A stretch of 64,000 nucleotides of DNA from an uncultured Solirubrobacterales bacterium (GTDB lineage: Bacteria > Actinomycetota > Thermoleophilia > Solirubrobacterales > Solirubrobacteraceae): NCBI GenBank assembly GCA_963849455.1, contig CAWKHE010000002.1, forward strand, positions 1,488,011-1,552,010, in the 5' to 3' direction. The notes under the pieces are model-generated. The model saw nothing but the letters and a program-made list of their open reading frames with translations. It ran no database searches and was not told the DNA's origin. Within the stretch, counting starts at the first letter, position 1. Each line of letters begins with the position of its first letter. A program made the position numbers and the translations under genes. Positions 41,376 through 52,356 of this stretch are shown piece after piece.

Positions 41376-42221
41376 GTGCCCGCTCTCGCCCGCCGCAACG
41401 GCCACGGCCGCCCCGAGGTCATCGCCAGCGATCTCGACGGGACTCTGCTGCGTAGCGACGGGACGCTCGGCGCGCTGACGCGCGAGGTGCTGGCCACGTG
41501 TCAGGCCGCGGGGGCGCTACTGATCATCTGTACCGCCCGTCCGGTGCGCTGGATGCGCCCGCTGGCGGCGGAAATCGGCGGTGAGGCGCTGGCGGCGTGC
41601 GACAACGGCGCGGTCCTGTGGGATCTGGGCGCGGACCGGCTGATCCGCGCCACCCCACTGTCACCAGACGGCGGCGGGCCGGATCGTGACCGCCATCGAT
41701 GACGCACTCCCCGGTGGGGCCTGGGCCGTGGAGTGGATCGACGGCTTCGGACACGAGCCGGGCTACCGTCCGCATTGGCCGCCGCCCGCGGGCTCGGTCG
41801 TGGCCGCAGCCCGAGGATCTGGTCAGCGAGCCCGTCGTCAAGCTGATGTTCCGGCACGAGCGCCACACGGCCGACGCGATGCTCGCCCGCGCGCAGGTCG
41901 CCGCCGGGGACAGGGCCGAGGTCACGCACTCGAACTCGACCGGAGACCTGCTCGAGATCAGCGCCGTCGGGGTCAGCAAGGCCACCGCGCTGGCGACCCT
42001 GTGCGCGCGGCGCGGGGTGGCCGCCGGAGCGCGTGATCGCCTTCGGCGACATGCCCAACGACCTCAGCATGCTGCGTTGGGCGGGGCATGGGGTGGCGGT
42101 GGCCGGCTCGCACCCCGACGTTCTCGACGTGGCCGACGAGATCGCCCCCGGCAACGACGAGGACGGCGTGGCCCGAGTCCTGGCCCGGATCTGGTCGCTG
42201 CCGATCGGGGCCGGCGCGTGA
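41376..42221 (+). CDS. Cof-type HAD-IIB hydrolase, frameshifted
   Basis: IASDLDGTLL, CTARP, DNGA, GVSKATAL, AFGDMPNDLSML, NDEDGVA. Confidence 0.88.
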
Positions 42222-43079
42222 GCGCTCCGGACGTGATGCTGGTCACCGGCGCCGATATGCCCCGGCCAGACGACGGAGTCGCCCCTACTGGTCACGGCCC
42301 TGGCCAAGCTCGGCCTGCGGGCCGAGATTCGCGTCTGGGGCGAGCCTGGCCCCTGGGGCGACGCGGCCCTCGTCGTGTGCCGCACGCCGTGGGACTACTT
42401 CGCTCGCGTCGACGAGTTCCTGGCCTGGGCCGATGGCGTGGCACAGACCACGCGCTTCGAGAACCCAGCCCCGCTGGTGCGCTGGAACGCCCACAAGTCC
42501 TATCTCGAGAGCCCTGTCGGGACGCCGGGGTCCCGGTCGTTGAGACCCTGCTCGTCTCGCGCGGAGCCGATGCCGGCGCGCGAGACGACGCTCTGCGCTC
42601 GGGTGGGGAATTCGTGATCAAGCCGGCGGTGGGCGGGGGCGCCATCGGCGCGCGGCGGGGGCAGGCAAAGGATCCGAGCCATGATCAAACACCTGGCCGA
42701 GCTCGCCGGGCGTGGGGATGTCCTCATCCAGCCGTTCATCGCCACGGTGCCCGGCAGCGGGGAGACCTCGCTGATCTTCTTCGACGGGCGCTTCAGCCAT
42801 GCGGTCCGCAAACTCCCGGCCGCGGGTGATTTCCGGGTTCAGGCAGAGTGGGGCGGAACCGTCGCCGTCCACGATCCGAGTCCGGCCGAGATGGCGGTCG
42901 CGCGGTCGGCCCTGGACGCTGCTCCGGAGGCCCCGACCTACGCCCGGATCGATCTCGTCGGCGACCCCGACGCGCCGATGCTGATGGAGGCGGAGCTGAT
43001 CGAGCCGTTCCTGTTCCTGGGTTCTCATGCGCCCGCCGTGGGTCGCTTTGCCGAGGTTCTGGCCGCGCGGGCCGGGTAG
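42218..43079 (+). CDS. RimK/GshB-like ATP-grasp protein, frameshifted
   Basis: RTPWDY, NPAPLVRWNAHKSYL, VIKPAVGGGA, LIQPF..GETSL, GDFRVQ, YARID..LMEAELIEP. Confidence 0.85.
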
Positions 43080-43242
43080 CCCGGACGCGGTCTCTGCTAA
43101 ACAGCACCAATCAGGTGAACAAAGTTTTTCTTCGCGCACTGACCCGAGCGTGCTTATGTAAGTGATGAACGGTTTCGCAGCCCGCCGCCGCGCTCGCGGC
43201 CGGGGGCGGTTCCGGACCAAAAGCAGAAGGAGAGAACTGGAC

Positions 43243-43899
43243 ATGAGTCTCAAGATTGGATCAACGGCCCCCGACTTCGAGGCCGACACGACGGAAGGCA
43301 AGATCAGCTTGCACGACTGGATCGGTGACTCCTGGGCGGTGCTGTTCTCGCACCCCAAGAGCTTCACGCCGGTGTGCACGACCGAGCTCGGCTACATGGC
43401 GAAGATCAAGCCCGAGTTCGACCGCCGCGGGGTGAAGATCATCGGTCTGTCGGTTGACCCGGTGAGCGACAACGAGAAGTGGTCGCAGGACATCGCCGAC
43501 ACCCAGGGCGAGGCGCCCAACTACCCGATCATCAGCGACGGCGACTTCAACGTCTCCAAGCTCTACGACATGCTGCCCGAGGACACCGAGGGCGACCCCG
43601 GCTCACGCACTCCCGCCGACAACCAGACGGTGCGCAATGTGTTCGTGATCGGCCCCGACAAGAAGATCAAGCTGATCCTCGTCTACCCGATGACCACCGG
43701 GCGCAACTTCGACGAGGTCCTGCGCGTGATCGATTCGCTGCAGCTCACGGCCGACCACAAGGTGTCCACGCCCGTCAACTGGCAGGAGGGCGACGATGTG
43801 ATCATCGCCGGCTCGGTGTCAAACGACCAGGCCAAGGAGATCTTCGGCGACTGGGAGGAGCCCAAGCCCTACATCCGGATCGTGCCCCAGCCGTCTTAG
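43243..43899 (+). CDS. 1-Cys peroxiredoxin (Prx6)
   Basis: FSHPKSFTPVCTTELG, YPMTTGRNFDEVLR, TPVNW; AAGGAG RBS. Confidence 0.95.
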   Translation: MSLKIGSTAPDFEADTTEGKISLHDWIGDSWAVLFSHPKSFTPVCTTELGYMAKIKPEFDRRGVKIIGLSVDPVSDNEKWSQDIADTQGEAPNYPIISDGDFNVSKLYDMLPEDTEGDPGSRTPADNQTVRNVFVIGPDKKIKLILVYPMTTGRNFDEVLRVIDSLQLTADHKVSTPVNWQEGDDVIIAGSVSNDQAKEIFGDWEEPKPYIRIVPQPS

Positions 43900-43925
43900 C
43901 GAACGGCGCCGAGCCCGGGTCTCGG

Positions 43926-44223
43926 TCACGGGCGGTGATCGTCGCGGCGCAGCGCGTCGGTAAAGCGCCTGGGTACGGCCGCTGCGTCGCCGGTCTCATA
44001 CAGGGTTATGACGACCAGCTCATCCCGGTCGGGACGGCAGACGTAGACCAGGTCGCAGCGCTCGAGGTCGCGCACGAGCAGTGCGCCGCGCTCCCCGGGG
44101 TCAGTACGCCCCGCCGCCTGGGCCCGGGCCACGCGGGCGGCGACGTCGACGCTTGGCATCAAGCGTCCCGCGGACGCGCTGGCGGAAGCGCTCCGCGGCG
44201 TGATCAGTGACGGCGACGAGCAC
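43926..44223 (-). CDS. Small hypothetical protein with RelE/DUF4258-like signature (one frameshift)
   Basis: VLVAVTDHAAERFRQRV (GTG 44223) shifts into ..LVYVCRPDRDELVVITLYE. Confidence 0.55.
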
Positions 44224-44265
44224 GGTCAGGCCGAGCTTAGGGGCAAGTTTGCGGCGCCGCGGCGG

Positions 44266-45411
44266 TCAGCGCGCATAGACGGCAAAGAAGTCGCGGTCGT
44301 CCGGCGACAGGTAACGCGTGATCGGGCGCGTCATGCGTGCTGAGCAGGGCGCTCGGCTGGCCGGCGTCTGGGCGGGCGTAGGAGTTGAACGTCACCCAGT
44401 AGGAGTTGATGTCGAGCTGCATGGCCCGGATCGCCCCGGCGCGGATCAGGATCTGCGCCAGCGAACCGACCGTCTGGTCGTTGGCGGCCGCGTAGATCAG
44501 GTCGCCGCGCGCATCGATGCCGATCCCCGAACGCCACACGCGTACCGCATTGCCCAGCGTCGCACCCCATTGCGGACCGTCGGTCAGGTTCGGGTTGGGG
44601 CGCCCGCCGGCGACGATCAGGGGGAGGTTCTGGCGCGCGTAATCGACGCCGGTCGGCACCCGGGGGCCGCCCGCCCAGCGACCGGATGTCGACGCGCCCA
44701 TCGCTGTAATGGACGAACGTCCCCATCCCGTCGTGCAGCGGCGCATAGGTGGTCCCGCCCACGGCGAAGCCCCCATGGGAGTCCTGCAGCTTGAAGCCGC
44801 TGTTGAACGTGGCCAGCAGGCGAGCCCGCAGGGACGGGGGAACCTCCATGGGTCCGCGCGGGCAGGGTGACCGCGGGCTCGAGCCGGCCGGGGTAGAGCA
44901 CGATCGACGTCCGACGAGGGTCGATCCAGGCCACGCCGGCCACCATCTGCGGGTAGTTCGGGATCACTGCGGAACTGCGCGATCTGGACCGGTGGGTTGC
45001 CCCCGCTCCAGGTCTCGGTCGGCGTCCATACCCCTTCTCCGGGCAGTGCGGGGTGGATCACCGGGACAATGTCCGGGCGGGTGCACGGCGGCGACGCGCG
45101 GATGCGCAGCTTCAGCCGCCTGCAGCGCCGGGCCGCCCGTGCTGGGCGCGTTGAAGCTGTAGTAGATCCCCTCGACCGTCGAGGCGACTCCGGCCGCGCC
45201 GTGATCGCGCAGCCACTCGACGGCATTGATCGTGAAGCTCGAGTTGGACGGCCCGGACACGCTGGTCACAAAGGACACCGAAACCGGCAGCGAGCACATG
45301 ATCAGCGTGAACGCAGAGCACGCGGCGCGCGCGGCGGGCCGGAGTGAGGCGGGCCGGCAGCGGCCGCGGCGACGGGGCTCGGTGACGGGGGTGAAGGGAG
45401 GTTGTGCTCAT
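44266..45411 (-). CDS. Phosphodiester glycosidase (NAGPA-like) family protein, frameshifted
   Basis: N-terminal anchor; LLATFNSGFK, ARQNLPLIV, WGATLG..WRSGIG, AMQLDIN, ends DFFAVYAR. Confidence 0.75.
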
Positions 45412-45580
45412 GGGCGGCTCGGACCAGGGAGCGGCGGATCTGCCCCTCGGCAAACGGTTCGCGGCCGACCGGGCGGCCTCCTGCCCGCCAAGAGAACTCT
45501 CATTACGCCTCGGGCAGGCGAACGCCGTCAGCTGGAGAACGTCGTCCCATGGCCAGGGCAAACGCAGCCGCGCTCTGCGG

Positions 45581-46511
45581 GTGCCGGAACGCGAGAATGC
45601 CTCTGACACGAGCACCGGCGTCCCTCCGGCGCCGGTGACCCCGATGCGACCTCCGGTCAGCGCCGCCGGCGCCTGGCTGCAGGCGGTCCGGGTGCGGCAG
45701 TGGCCCAAGAACCTGCTCGTCTTCGGAGCTCCGGCAGCGGCCGGGGCGCTGACTCACGTCCATGTCCTGCAGCGCGCCGGGGTGGCCGCGCTGGCCTTCT
45801 GCCTGCTCTCGAGCGGCGCTTACCTGCTCAATGACCTGCACGACGCACGCGAGGACCGCCATCATCCGCTCAAGCGCCATCGACCGATCGCATCGGGCGC
45901 GATCGCGCCCGGTCGCGCCCGGCTGGCCGCGCTTGGGGGCGCTCACGGCCGGGCTCGGGTTGGCGGCTTGGCTGGGCGTGGCGACGCTCGGCGTCGCCGC
46001 GGCCTACGCGGGACTGAACTTCGCCTATACCGGCTGGTTGCGGCGCGTGGCCGTGGCCGACATCGCCGCCATCGCCGCTGCCTTCGTGCTCCGGGCCGCC
46101 GCTGGTGGCGTGGCCGCCGGCGTGCCGATCTCGCGCTGGTTGTTCGTCGTCGTCTCCTTCTCGGCGCTGTTCGTCGCCGCGGGCAAGCGCTACGCGGATT
46201 GGCTTGATCCCGCCGCCCGCGGCTCTCGCCGTGTGCTCTCGGATTACAACCCCGACTTCCTGCGGCTCGTGTTGGGGGCCTCCAGCGCGGTGGCGCTCGG
46301 CGCCTACTGCCTGTGGGCGTTCCGGCCCGGTCAGCCCGGGGCGATGGTCTGGCGCGAGGCGACGATTGCCCCGTTCACGCTCGCTCTCCTTCGCTACGGG
46401 CTGCTGGTCACCGGGGGCAAGGGCGGAGCACCGGAGGAGATCATGCTCACCGACCGCTTCATCCAGCTCTCGGGCCTGGCCTGGTTGATGACCTTCGTGC
46501 TGGGGCTATGA
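45581..46511 (+). CDS. UbiA-family decaprenyl-phosphate 5-phosphoribosyltransferase-like protein (frameshift near 45935)
   Basis: RQWPKNLLVF, YLLNDLHD..DRHHPLKRHRPIASG, FVLRA, AGKRY, LLRY, GAPEE; start uncertain. Confidence 0.88.
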
Positions 46512-46512
46512 G

Positions 46513-46865
46513 ATGAGCGCCGCCTCGGCTCGACATTTCCCGACCCGCGAGTCCGAGCGACCCTCCGGCGCCCGGCGCCGGACGACCGCTCGTCGGTTCA
46601 GGCCCAACAGCAAGCCCGAGCGCGACTTCGGGCCCAGCGCCGCCGGCGGCAGCGCCATTTCGCCCGGCGCCGGCGCGATCTCCTGGAGGACCTGGGGTTT
46701 GGCCTGATATTGACCGTGCTCCTGGGCATTTTCACCGCCGGCCTGGGCGTGATCGCCCTGCTCGAGATTCCGCTCGGCGCGGTGCTGGTGGCTTCGGTGC
46801 TCGTTCCGCGTGCCCGCCGGCGTCGGGCCGCGCAAGCCTCACGGCCCCGCCGTTCACGCGCCTAA
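46513..46865 (+). CDS. Small membrane protein, frameshifted
   Basis: Arg-rich stretch then DLLEDLGFGLILTVLLGIFTAGLGVIALLEIPLGAVLVASVLV in a second frame. Confidence 0.4.
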
Positions 46866-46931
46866 CGGCCGTAAACGCACTCTCATCCCGGCCTTAGCGG
46901 GAACTGGTCTGAGCCGTCGATCATCGCCCCG

Positions 46932-47917
46932 GTGACGCCCCGCTCTCGCACGCCACCCATCGCGGCGCTATCGGCCCTGCTGGTCACGGTCGCCCTCGTC
47001 TGTGCGGCCTGTGGCGGCGCGGGCTCGTCCGCCGCCGGCCGTTCCTCCAGCGCGAACGCGCGCGGGGGCGCCAGCGCCACGCGCAGCGCCAGCGCGTCCA
47101 GGCGTGCCCGGCGTCCGGCGCCACCGGCCTATCCACACGTGTTGGCAGTCGCGGGCGGCATTGAGCCGACGGATTTTGTTCCCGCCGTCCGCTGGCGCGG
47201 TCAGACGGCCGTGTGGGTGGCCCGGCGCTCCGGCGTGGCCCTGTTGTCCTTCAACCAGCGGCTGGTCGGGTTGCGACTGCATTCGGGCACGGTCGACGCC
47301 GGGCGCCAGCGGCTGGCGCTATGGGCCGTCGATCGCCGGGGCGCGAGCGTCACCGGCTGGTGGCCGCGTTCAACGGTGGCTTCAAACTCGACACCGGTTC
47401 GGGCGGCTTCATGCTTGGCGGCCGCACCGCGGTCGCCCTCAGTCGCGGGCTCGGGATCGATCGTCACCTACGCCTCGGGTCAGACTGACGTCGGAGCTGT
47501 GGCGCGAGGGCGTTCCGGCGCCCGGTCGGGCCGTCATTTCGGTCCGGCAGAACCTTCGGCTTCTCGTTTCCGGGGGACGCTCCGCGACCGACGTCGTCCT
47601 GTGTGACTTGCTGGGGGGCGACGCTCGGTGGGATTTCGTCGCCCGCCCGCTCGGCGCTCGGGGTCACCGGCGATGGCCGCCTGATCTGGGCCGGTGGTGA
47701 GAACCTGACTCCGGCGGCGCTGGCCGCGGCCCTTGTCGGGGCCAACGTCCAGCGGGCGGTTGAGCTCGACATCAATCCCGAGTGGGTGGCCGCATATGTC
47801 TACGGCCACCACCGCGAGCCGCTGGCGCCGGTGCCGATCGTCCCGGGGCAGCCCGGGGTACCCGGACAATTCCTGGCTCCCTACAGCCGGGATTTCTTCA
47901 CCGTCGTCGCGCGCTGA
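46932..47917 (+). CDS. Second phosphodiester-glycosidase-like protein (probable lipoprotein), frameshifted
   Basis: LVCAAC lipobox-like signal; LVAAFNGGFK, VRQNL, WGATLGG..RSALG, AVELDIN, ends DFFTVVAR. Confidence 0.72.
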
Positions 47918-47930
47918 GCTCGGCCCGCGA

Positions 47931-48541
47931 TCAGCCGTGATGATGATGCAGCAGCGACAGGTGCGCAGTCCAGATGGAGAAGTCCGGGATCAGCGCGATG
48001 GCCAGCACGACCCCGCCCACGACCGCCCCGGTCAGCGCCAGGATTCGCCCCGCGGCGCCCGCCTGGCGACCGCCCGGGCCTGTGCCATCGAGGCTCCTGG
48101 CGCGCAGCGCGGCGGGCATCTGCGGCCAGGTGGCCGAGGACGTGCAACCCCGTGGCCGCCAGCCACACGAAGAACGTCACCTTGTGCAGCAGCAGCGCCG
48201 GGTCCCGGTGCTGCGGGACCGACGATCAGCAACCACACGCCGGTGGCGAACACCGCGAGCTGTGGACAGGACCACGACGGCCCCAGCACGCGCAGCCAGA
48301 GCTCCGGAGGTCCGCGGCGTACGTACTCCCGATCATGGGTGTAGTAGCGCATGAACCGGTAGCCGGTGCTCGCCATCTTCAGGGCAACCGGACCGAGCAG
48401 GAGCAGGCCGAGGAACAGGTGCTCGGAGAGCAGCCCTCCGATGGAGACGATCGTCACCCCGAGTGCGGCCAGGAGGATCAGGAGCACGACCCCGGTCGCG
48501 GCGGTGAGCTGCTCGTTACCATCGGGGCCGCCGCGCACCAT
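47931..48541 (-). CDS. Conserved-looking membrane protein with TM histidines, frameshifted
   Basis: GNEQLTAATG, EHLFLG, KMASTGYRFMRYY, LLHKVTF, LHVLGHL, ends HHHHG. Confidence 0.65.
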
Positions 48542-48686
48542 CTGACCGGACGCGCGCCGTCGACGGCTTTGTTGACGCTGGGCGCCTGGGCAGCCTGATG
48601 CCGAGAACCGGATGAGCGGCACGGTCAGATTCTCAGAACACCGGCTAAGCGCTGTGTCACAAATGGATGAGAAAGTTATTGTCTTC

Positions 48687-49614
48687 TCAACGTGTCGGAC
48701 CATGCCGTCCGGAAGCGAGGGCAGTCGCCGAGCGTGTCGGTTGATGTTCTGCCAGGCATCGTCCTGGCTCCGTAGACGTTTGATCGCCGTGCGCGGCGTG
48801 TAGCGATCGGGCCTCAGGCGGGATTCCGAGAGCTCATCCCATTCAATCGGCATGGCCACCGGTGCCCTCGGTCGCGGCCGCACCGCAGTACGGGGCCGCC
48901 ACGTGCTGCGCGTAGGCGTTGCGGTTCACGTCAACGTAGATCCGCGCGCCGCGATCGGCCTTGCGCCACTCGAGCGTCAGCCGGCGCGGGTTGTCGGCGA
49001 CCATCGAGCTCGGCCAGCCCGCGGCGAAGCGATGGGCGGCGGTGAAGTCAGGCCCCCGCCTCAGGGGGCAGACGACGTGGACTCCGCGGGAACCGGTCAG
49101 CATCGCGTACGTGACCAGACCGGCATCGCGAAGCCGCGTCGCCGGCCTCGCGGGCGGCGGCCCGGACATCGGCGAACCGTGCCCCGGGCGAGGGATCGAA
49201 GTCAAAGATCAGGCGGTCCGGATGCTGAGGCTGATCGGCGCGAGAGAGCCAGATGTGGGGAGTAACGACGTTCTGGCCCGCCAGGTAGACAAGCGTGGCG
49301 GCGTTGGCGGCCAGGGCCTGGGTGAGCGTCCCGCCGCGCTTGGGCACCTGCACGGTTTCGATCCAGGCCGGGAAGTGCCGCGGGACCGACTTGAGAAAGA
49401 AGCCCTGCTTCTCGATCCCGTCCGGGAAGGCCTGCAGGGCGAGTGGGCGCCCGCGCAGGTGGGGCAGCATCACCGACGCCACCTGCTCGTAGTACCGGGC
49501 CAGGTCGAGCTTGGTCAGCGCGGGATCGGCAAACAGCGGCTTGTCCGGATGCGAGATCGAGACCGCGTGGCGGCCGATGCGCAACTCGGCGTGCTTGCCG
49601 GCGGGGTCGGTCAC
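48687..49614 (-). CDS. LigD polymerase (primase-polymerase) domain protein, frameshifted; 3' end approximate
   Basis: ISHPDKPLF..TKLDLARYY, FPDGI..GFF, PDRLIFDFDP, TGSRGVHV, YVDVNRNAYAQ, APVAMPIEWDEL. Confidence 0.85.
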
Positions 49615-49651
49615 GTCCGCGAGCCTACGCCCGCTGCGCACCGATCGTCCG

Positions 49652-50095
49652 TCAGGTGGCCTGGCCGGCTGGGCGGGCGGGGACGGGATCATCGCGGCGC
49701 TTGATGAGCAGCCACTGGGAGGACTCGGTGCTTCCGGTGCGCTGGAGTGTCCAGCCCCCCTTGAGCTTCTGCCCGTCGAGCCAGACCTTGACGTGTCCCG
49801 CGGCGAGGGTCTGCGCCATCGAATGGTCGGGGTCGAGGTTGGTAAATGTCCCCTCGTCCCAGATGATCACCGCCCCGCTCCCCCCGCCTCCGCCGGTGAC
49901 CCCCTCAAAGTCCGCGTAGCCGAGCTCGTGATCGGGGACGGGAACGGCGAGGCGCTTGTCGGCCGGATCCGTCGACGGTCCCTTCGGCACCGCCCATGAG
50001 CGCAGCACGCCATCGACTTCCAGGCGGAAGTCGTAGTGCAGCGTGGTGGCATCGTGCTGCTGGACGACGAAGCGCGCTCGGGGCTCAGCGGACAT
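49652..50095 (-). CDS. Stand-alone LigD 3'-phosphoesterase domain
   Basis: FVVQQHDATTLHYDFRLE, SWAVPKGPS, KRLAV..DH..YADFEG, IWDEG. Confidence 0.92.
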   Translation of the reverse strand: MSAEPRARFVVQQHDATTLHYDFRLEVDGVLRSWAVPKGPSTDPADKRLAVPVPDHELGYADFEGVTGGGGGSGAVIIWDEGTFTNLDPDHSMAQTLAAGHVKVWLDGQKLKGGWTLQRTGSTESSQWLLIKRRDDPVPARPAGQAT

Positions 50096-50199
50096 GGCGA
50101 TTTCGCTCACCGCTAAAGCATCGAGCCTCTGCGGCCGAAACCTTGGGTGTCGAGGCACATGAGCACCGCTCTGCCGGTGCCCTTGAAGGAGATCTGAGC

Positions 50200-50868
50200 A
50201 TGCAAGCCCTAGTCAACGAGCCGATCGGCAACGCCCTTCCCGAGCCCCACGGGATCAAGCTGCTGCTGGCCGACGATCATCCCCTGATCATCGCCGGCAT
50301 CCGTCGCACGCTCGAGCACGTGGAGGACATCGAGGTCGTCGGCGAGGCTCGGTCCGGTGATGAGCTCCTGCAGCTGGTCGAGCGACGCCGCCCGGACATC
50401 GTCCTCATGGACTTCAAGATGCCCGGGATGCATGGAGTGGAGATGATCGAGCGGATCCGGGCGAATTCCCCCGACGTCAAGATCGTCGTCCTGTCCGCCT
50501 CCGATGACCGGCCCACGATTGACTCTGCGCTCCAGGCCGGGGCCAGCGCCTACGTCCTCAAGAGCGCCCACCGAGTGGATATCGCCTCCGTCCTGCGCCA
50601 GGCTTCGAGCGGTGCCGTGTTCCACGCTCCGGCCGCGGCCCCCGCCCGCTCGGGCACGGCGCAGGCTCCGGCGACCCCGCTGTTGACCGACCGTGAGCGG
50701 TCGATCCTGTCGGCGGTGGCCTCGGGCATGACGACCTCTGCCATCAGCCGCGATCTTTGGATCAGCGAGCACACGATCAAGTTCCACCTCACCAACATCT
50801 ACCGCAAGCTCGGTGTCGTCAACCGCGCCGGTGCGGTGCGCTACGCAATGGAGAACGGGATCGTCTGA
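50200..50868 (+). CDS. NarL/LuxR family response regulator
   Basis: LADDHP, VLMDFKMP, YVLK, LTDRE..ISEHTIKFHLTNIYRKLGV; AAGGAG RBS. Confidence 0.95.
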   Translation: MQALVNEPIGNALPEPHGIKLLLADDHPLIIAGIRRTLEHVEDIEVVGEARSGDELLQLVERRRPDIVLMDFKMPGMHGVEMIERIRANSPDVKIVVLSASDDRPTIDSALQAGASAYVLKSAHRVDIASVLRQASSGAVFHAPAAAPARSGTAQAPATPLLTDRERSILSAVASGMTTSAISRDLWISEHTIKFHLTNIYRKLGVVNRAGAVRYAMENGIV

Positions 50869-50900
50869 TCCGCGTTTGAGCGGACGGGCGCCGACGGCCC

Positions 50901-52323
50901 TCAATCGCTGTCGACCCCGGCCGAGGATTCTGGCGACGGCGCGTCCTCGCCCGGCCATGCCGGAAGCGTGGCCGAGATCACCGTCCCCGCCCCGGGGTGA
51001 CTGTCGATCTGAGTGACCCCGCCCAGCATGCGGACCCGCTCGTACATGCCGACCAGCCCGAGCCGCCCGGCTCGGGCCGCGGCGACCAGTGTGTCCTCGG
51101 GATCAAAACCCTTGCCGTCGTCGCGGATCTCGACCCTCACGCCATCGCCTCCGGCCGCGATGCTGATCTGCACGTGGCCCGCCTCGCTGTGCTTGCGGAT
51201 GTTGCTGAGCGCCTCGCGAATCAGTGACAGCAACGCGATCTGCTGAGAGTCGGTCAGGTCATCCAGCTGACCGTTGAAGTGGACCTCGGGCACGATGGCG
51301 GTCCGGGTGGCAAAGGCATCCGTGACGGCGCGCACGGCCTCGGGCAGCGAGCCGGGGATCATGCAGCGGCGACTGGACCGCAGTCGAGAGCCGGCGCAGG
51401 TCGCCATCGAGCGCCACCAGTTGAGCCTCCAGATCATCGAGCCGGCCGAGCACTCGGCCCGCGTTGGGGTCGCCGCTGATCATCGGCCGCAGTTGGTCGC
51501 GGAACAGCGCCAGATCCTGAGCCAACAGGTGCACGTCTTGTTGCGGGCCGTCGTGGAGGTCATAGCGCAGGCGGGCCAGCCGTCGCTGTACGGAGCTGAG
51601 CACGGCTTCCTGGGTCGGCCCGTCCCTGCCCGTCGGGGCTTCGACGTCGAGCAGCGCAGACAGCGCCGGGCCGGCCGTCGTCATGAGCAGCTCGCTCTGT
51701 TCCGGGGCCAAGGTCGTTCCCTCGAGGGTGAGCGCCGCCGGTGGCTGACGCAGGCGTTGCAGGCGAGCGCCGGTAAGCCGCGCTCGCGAGTGCGGGGAGT
51801 AGTCGTCACCGGCGAGCAGATCGCGGGCCAGCGCCCGCACGGCATCGCTGTCACCGGGTGTGTGTCCGGCCTGGGCCGCCGGTCTCGCGTCCTGGCCGGC
51901 CAGCGTCCATAGGGTGACCGTGCTCGCGCCGGTGAAGGCAAGCAGGAAGGCCAGCCGGACCTCGATCGCCACCCCGGCCGGCAGTCCGAGAAAGCGTCCG
52001 CTCTGCAGAATTTCCCGCCCCAGGGCCAGGCGCGTCACTCCGGCCCGCTCTTCCAGTCGCCCGATCAGCCGGTGGGCCCGACTCGGCTCGGCGGCGAGGT
52101 CGACGGCTATCAGCAACAGCAGTTCACCGGCGTAGCTGAGCTGGGCCAGCGGGATGGCATCGGGGCTGTTGCCCGAAGCGGCATACAGCAACTCGGCCCG
52201 CGCCCGAGCCAGCGGCGGGGACCGGCATGGAAAACCAATCCCAGCGGTGGCCTCATCAATCCGGCCCAGGGCCAGATCGAGCTCGCGGACGTCGCCGGCG
52301 CCGGCGCTGGAGATGCTGGCCAT
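50901..52323 (-). CDS. Soluble HisKA_3-type sensor histidine kinase (frameshift near 51365)
   Basis: RYDLHDGPQQ H-box; EALSNIRKHS, DDGKGF, GLVGMYER, GAGT boxes; no TM segment seen. Confidence 0.88.
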
Positions 52324-52356
52324 GGCCGACCATTCTGCCCCAGACGGCCGGGCCCT

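Noticed and set aside
20068-43120. GTGAAC recurring upstream of several genes (about 20068, 28423, 32590, 32631, 43115) as a shared ECF -35
   Set aside because: No consistent -10 element at a fixed spacing.
48032-48883. Apparent fusion of the LigD Pol C-terminus to a membrane protein
   Set aside because: Read-through across an intergenic region with promoter-like content, most likely caused by an indel; the two parts are unrelated.
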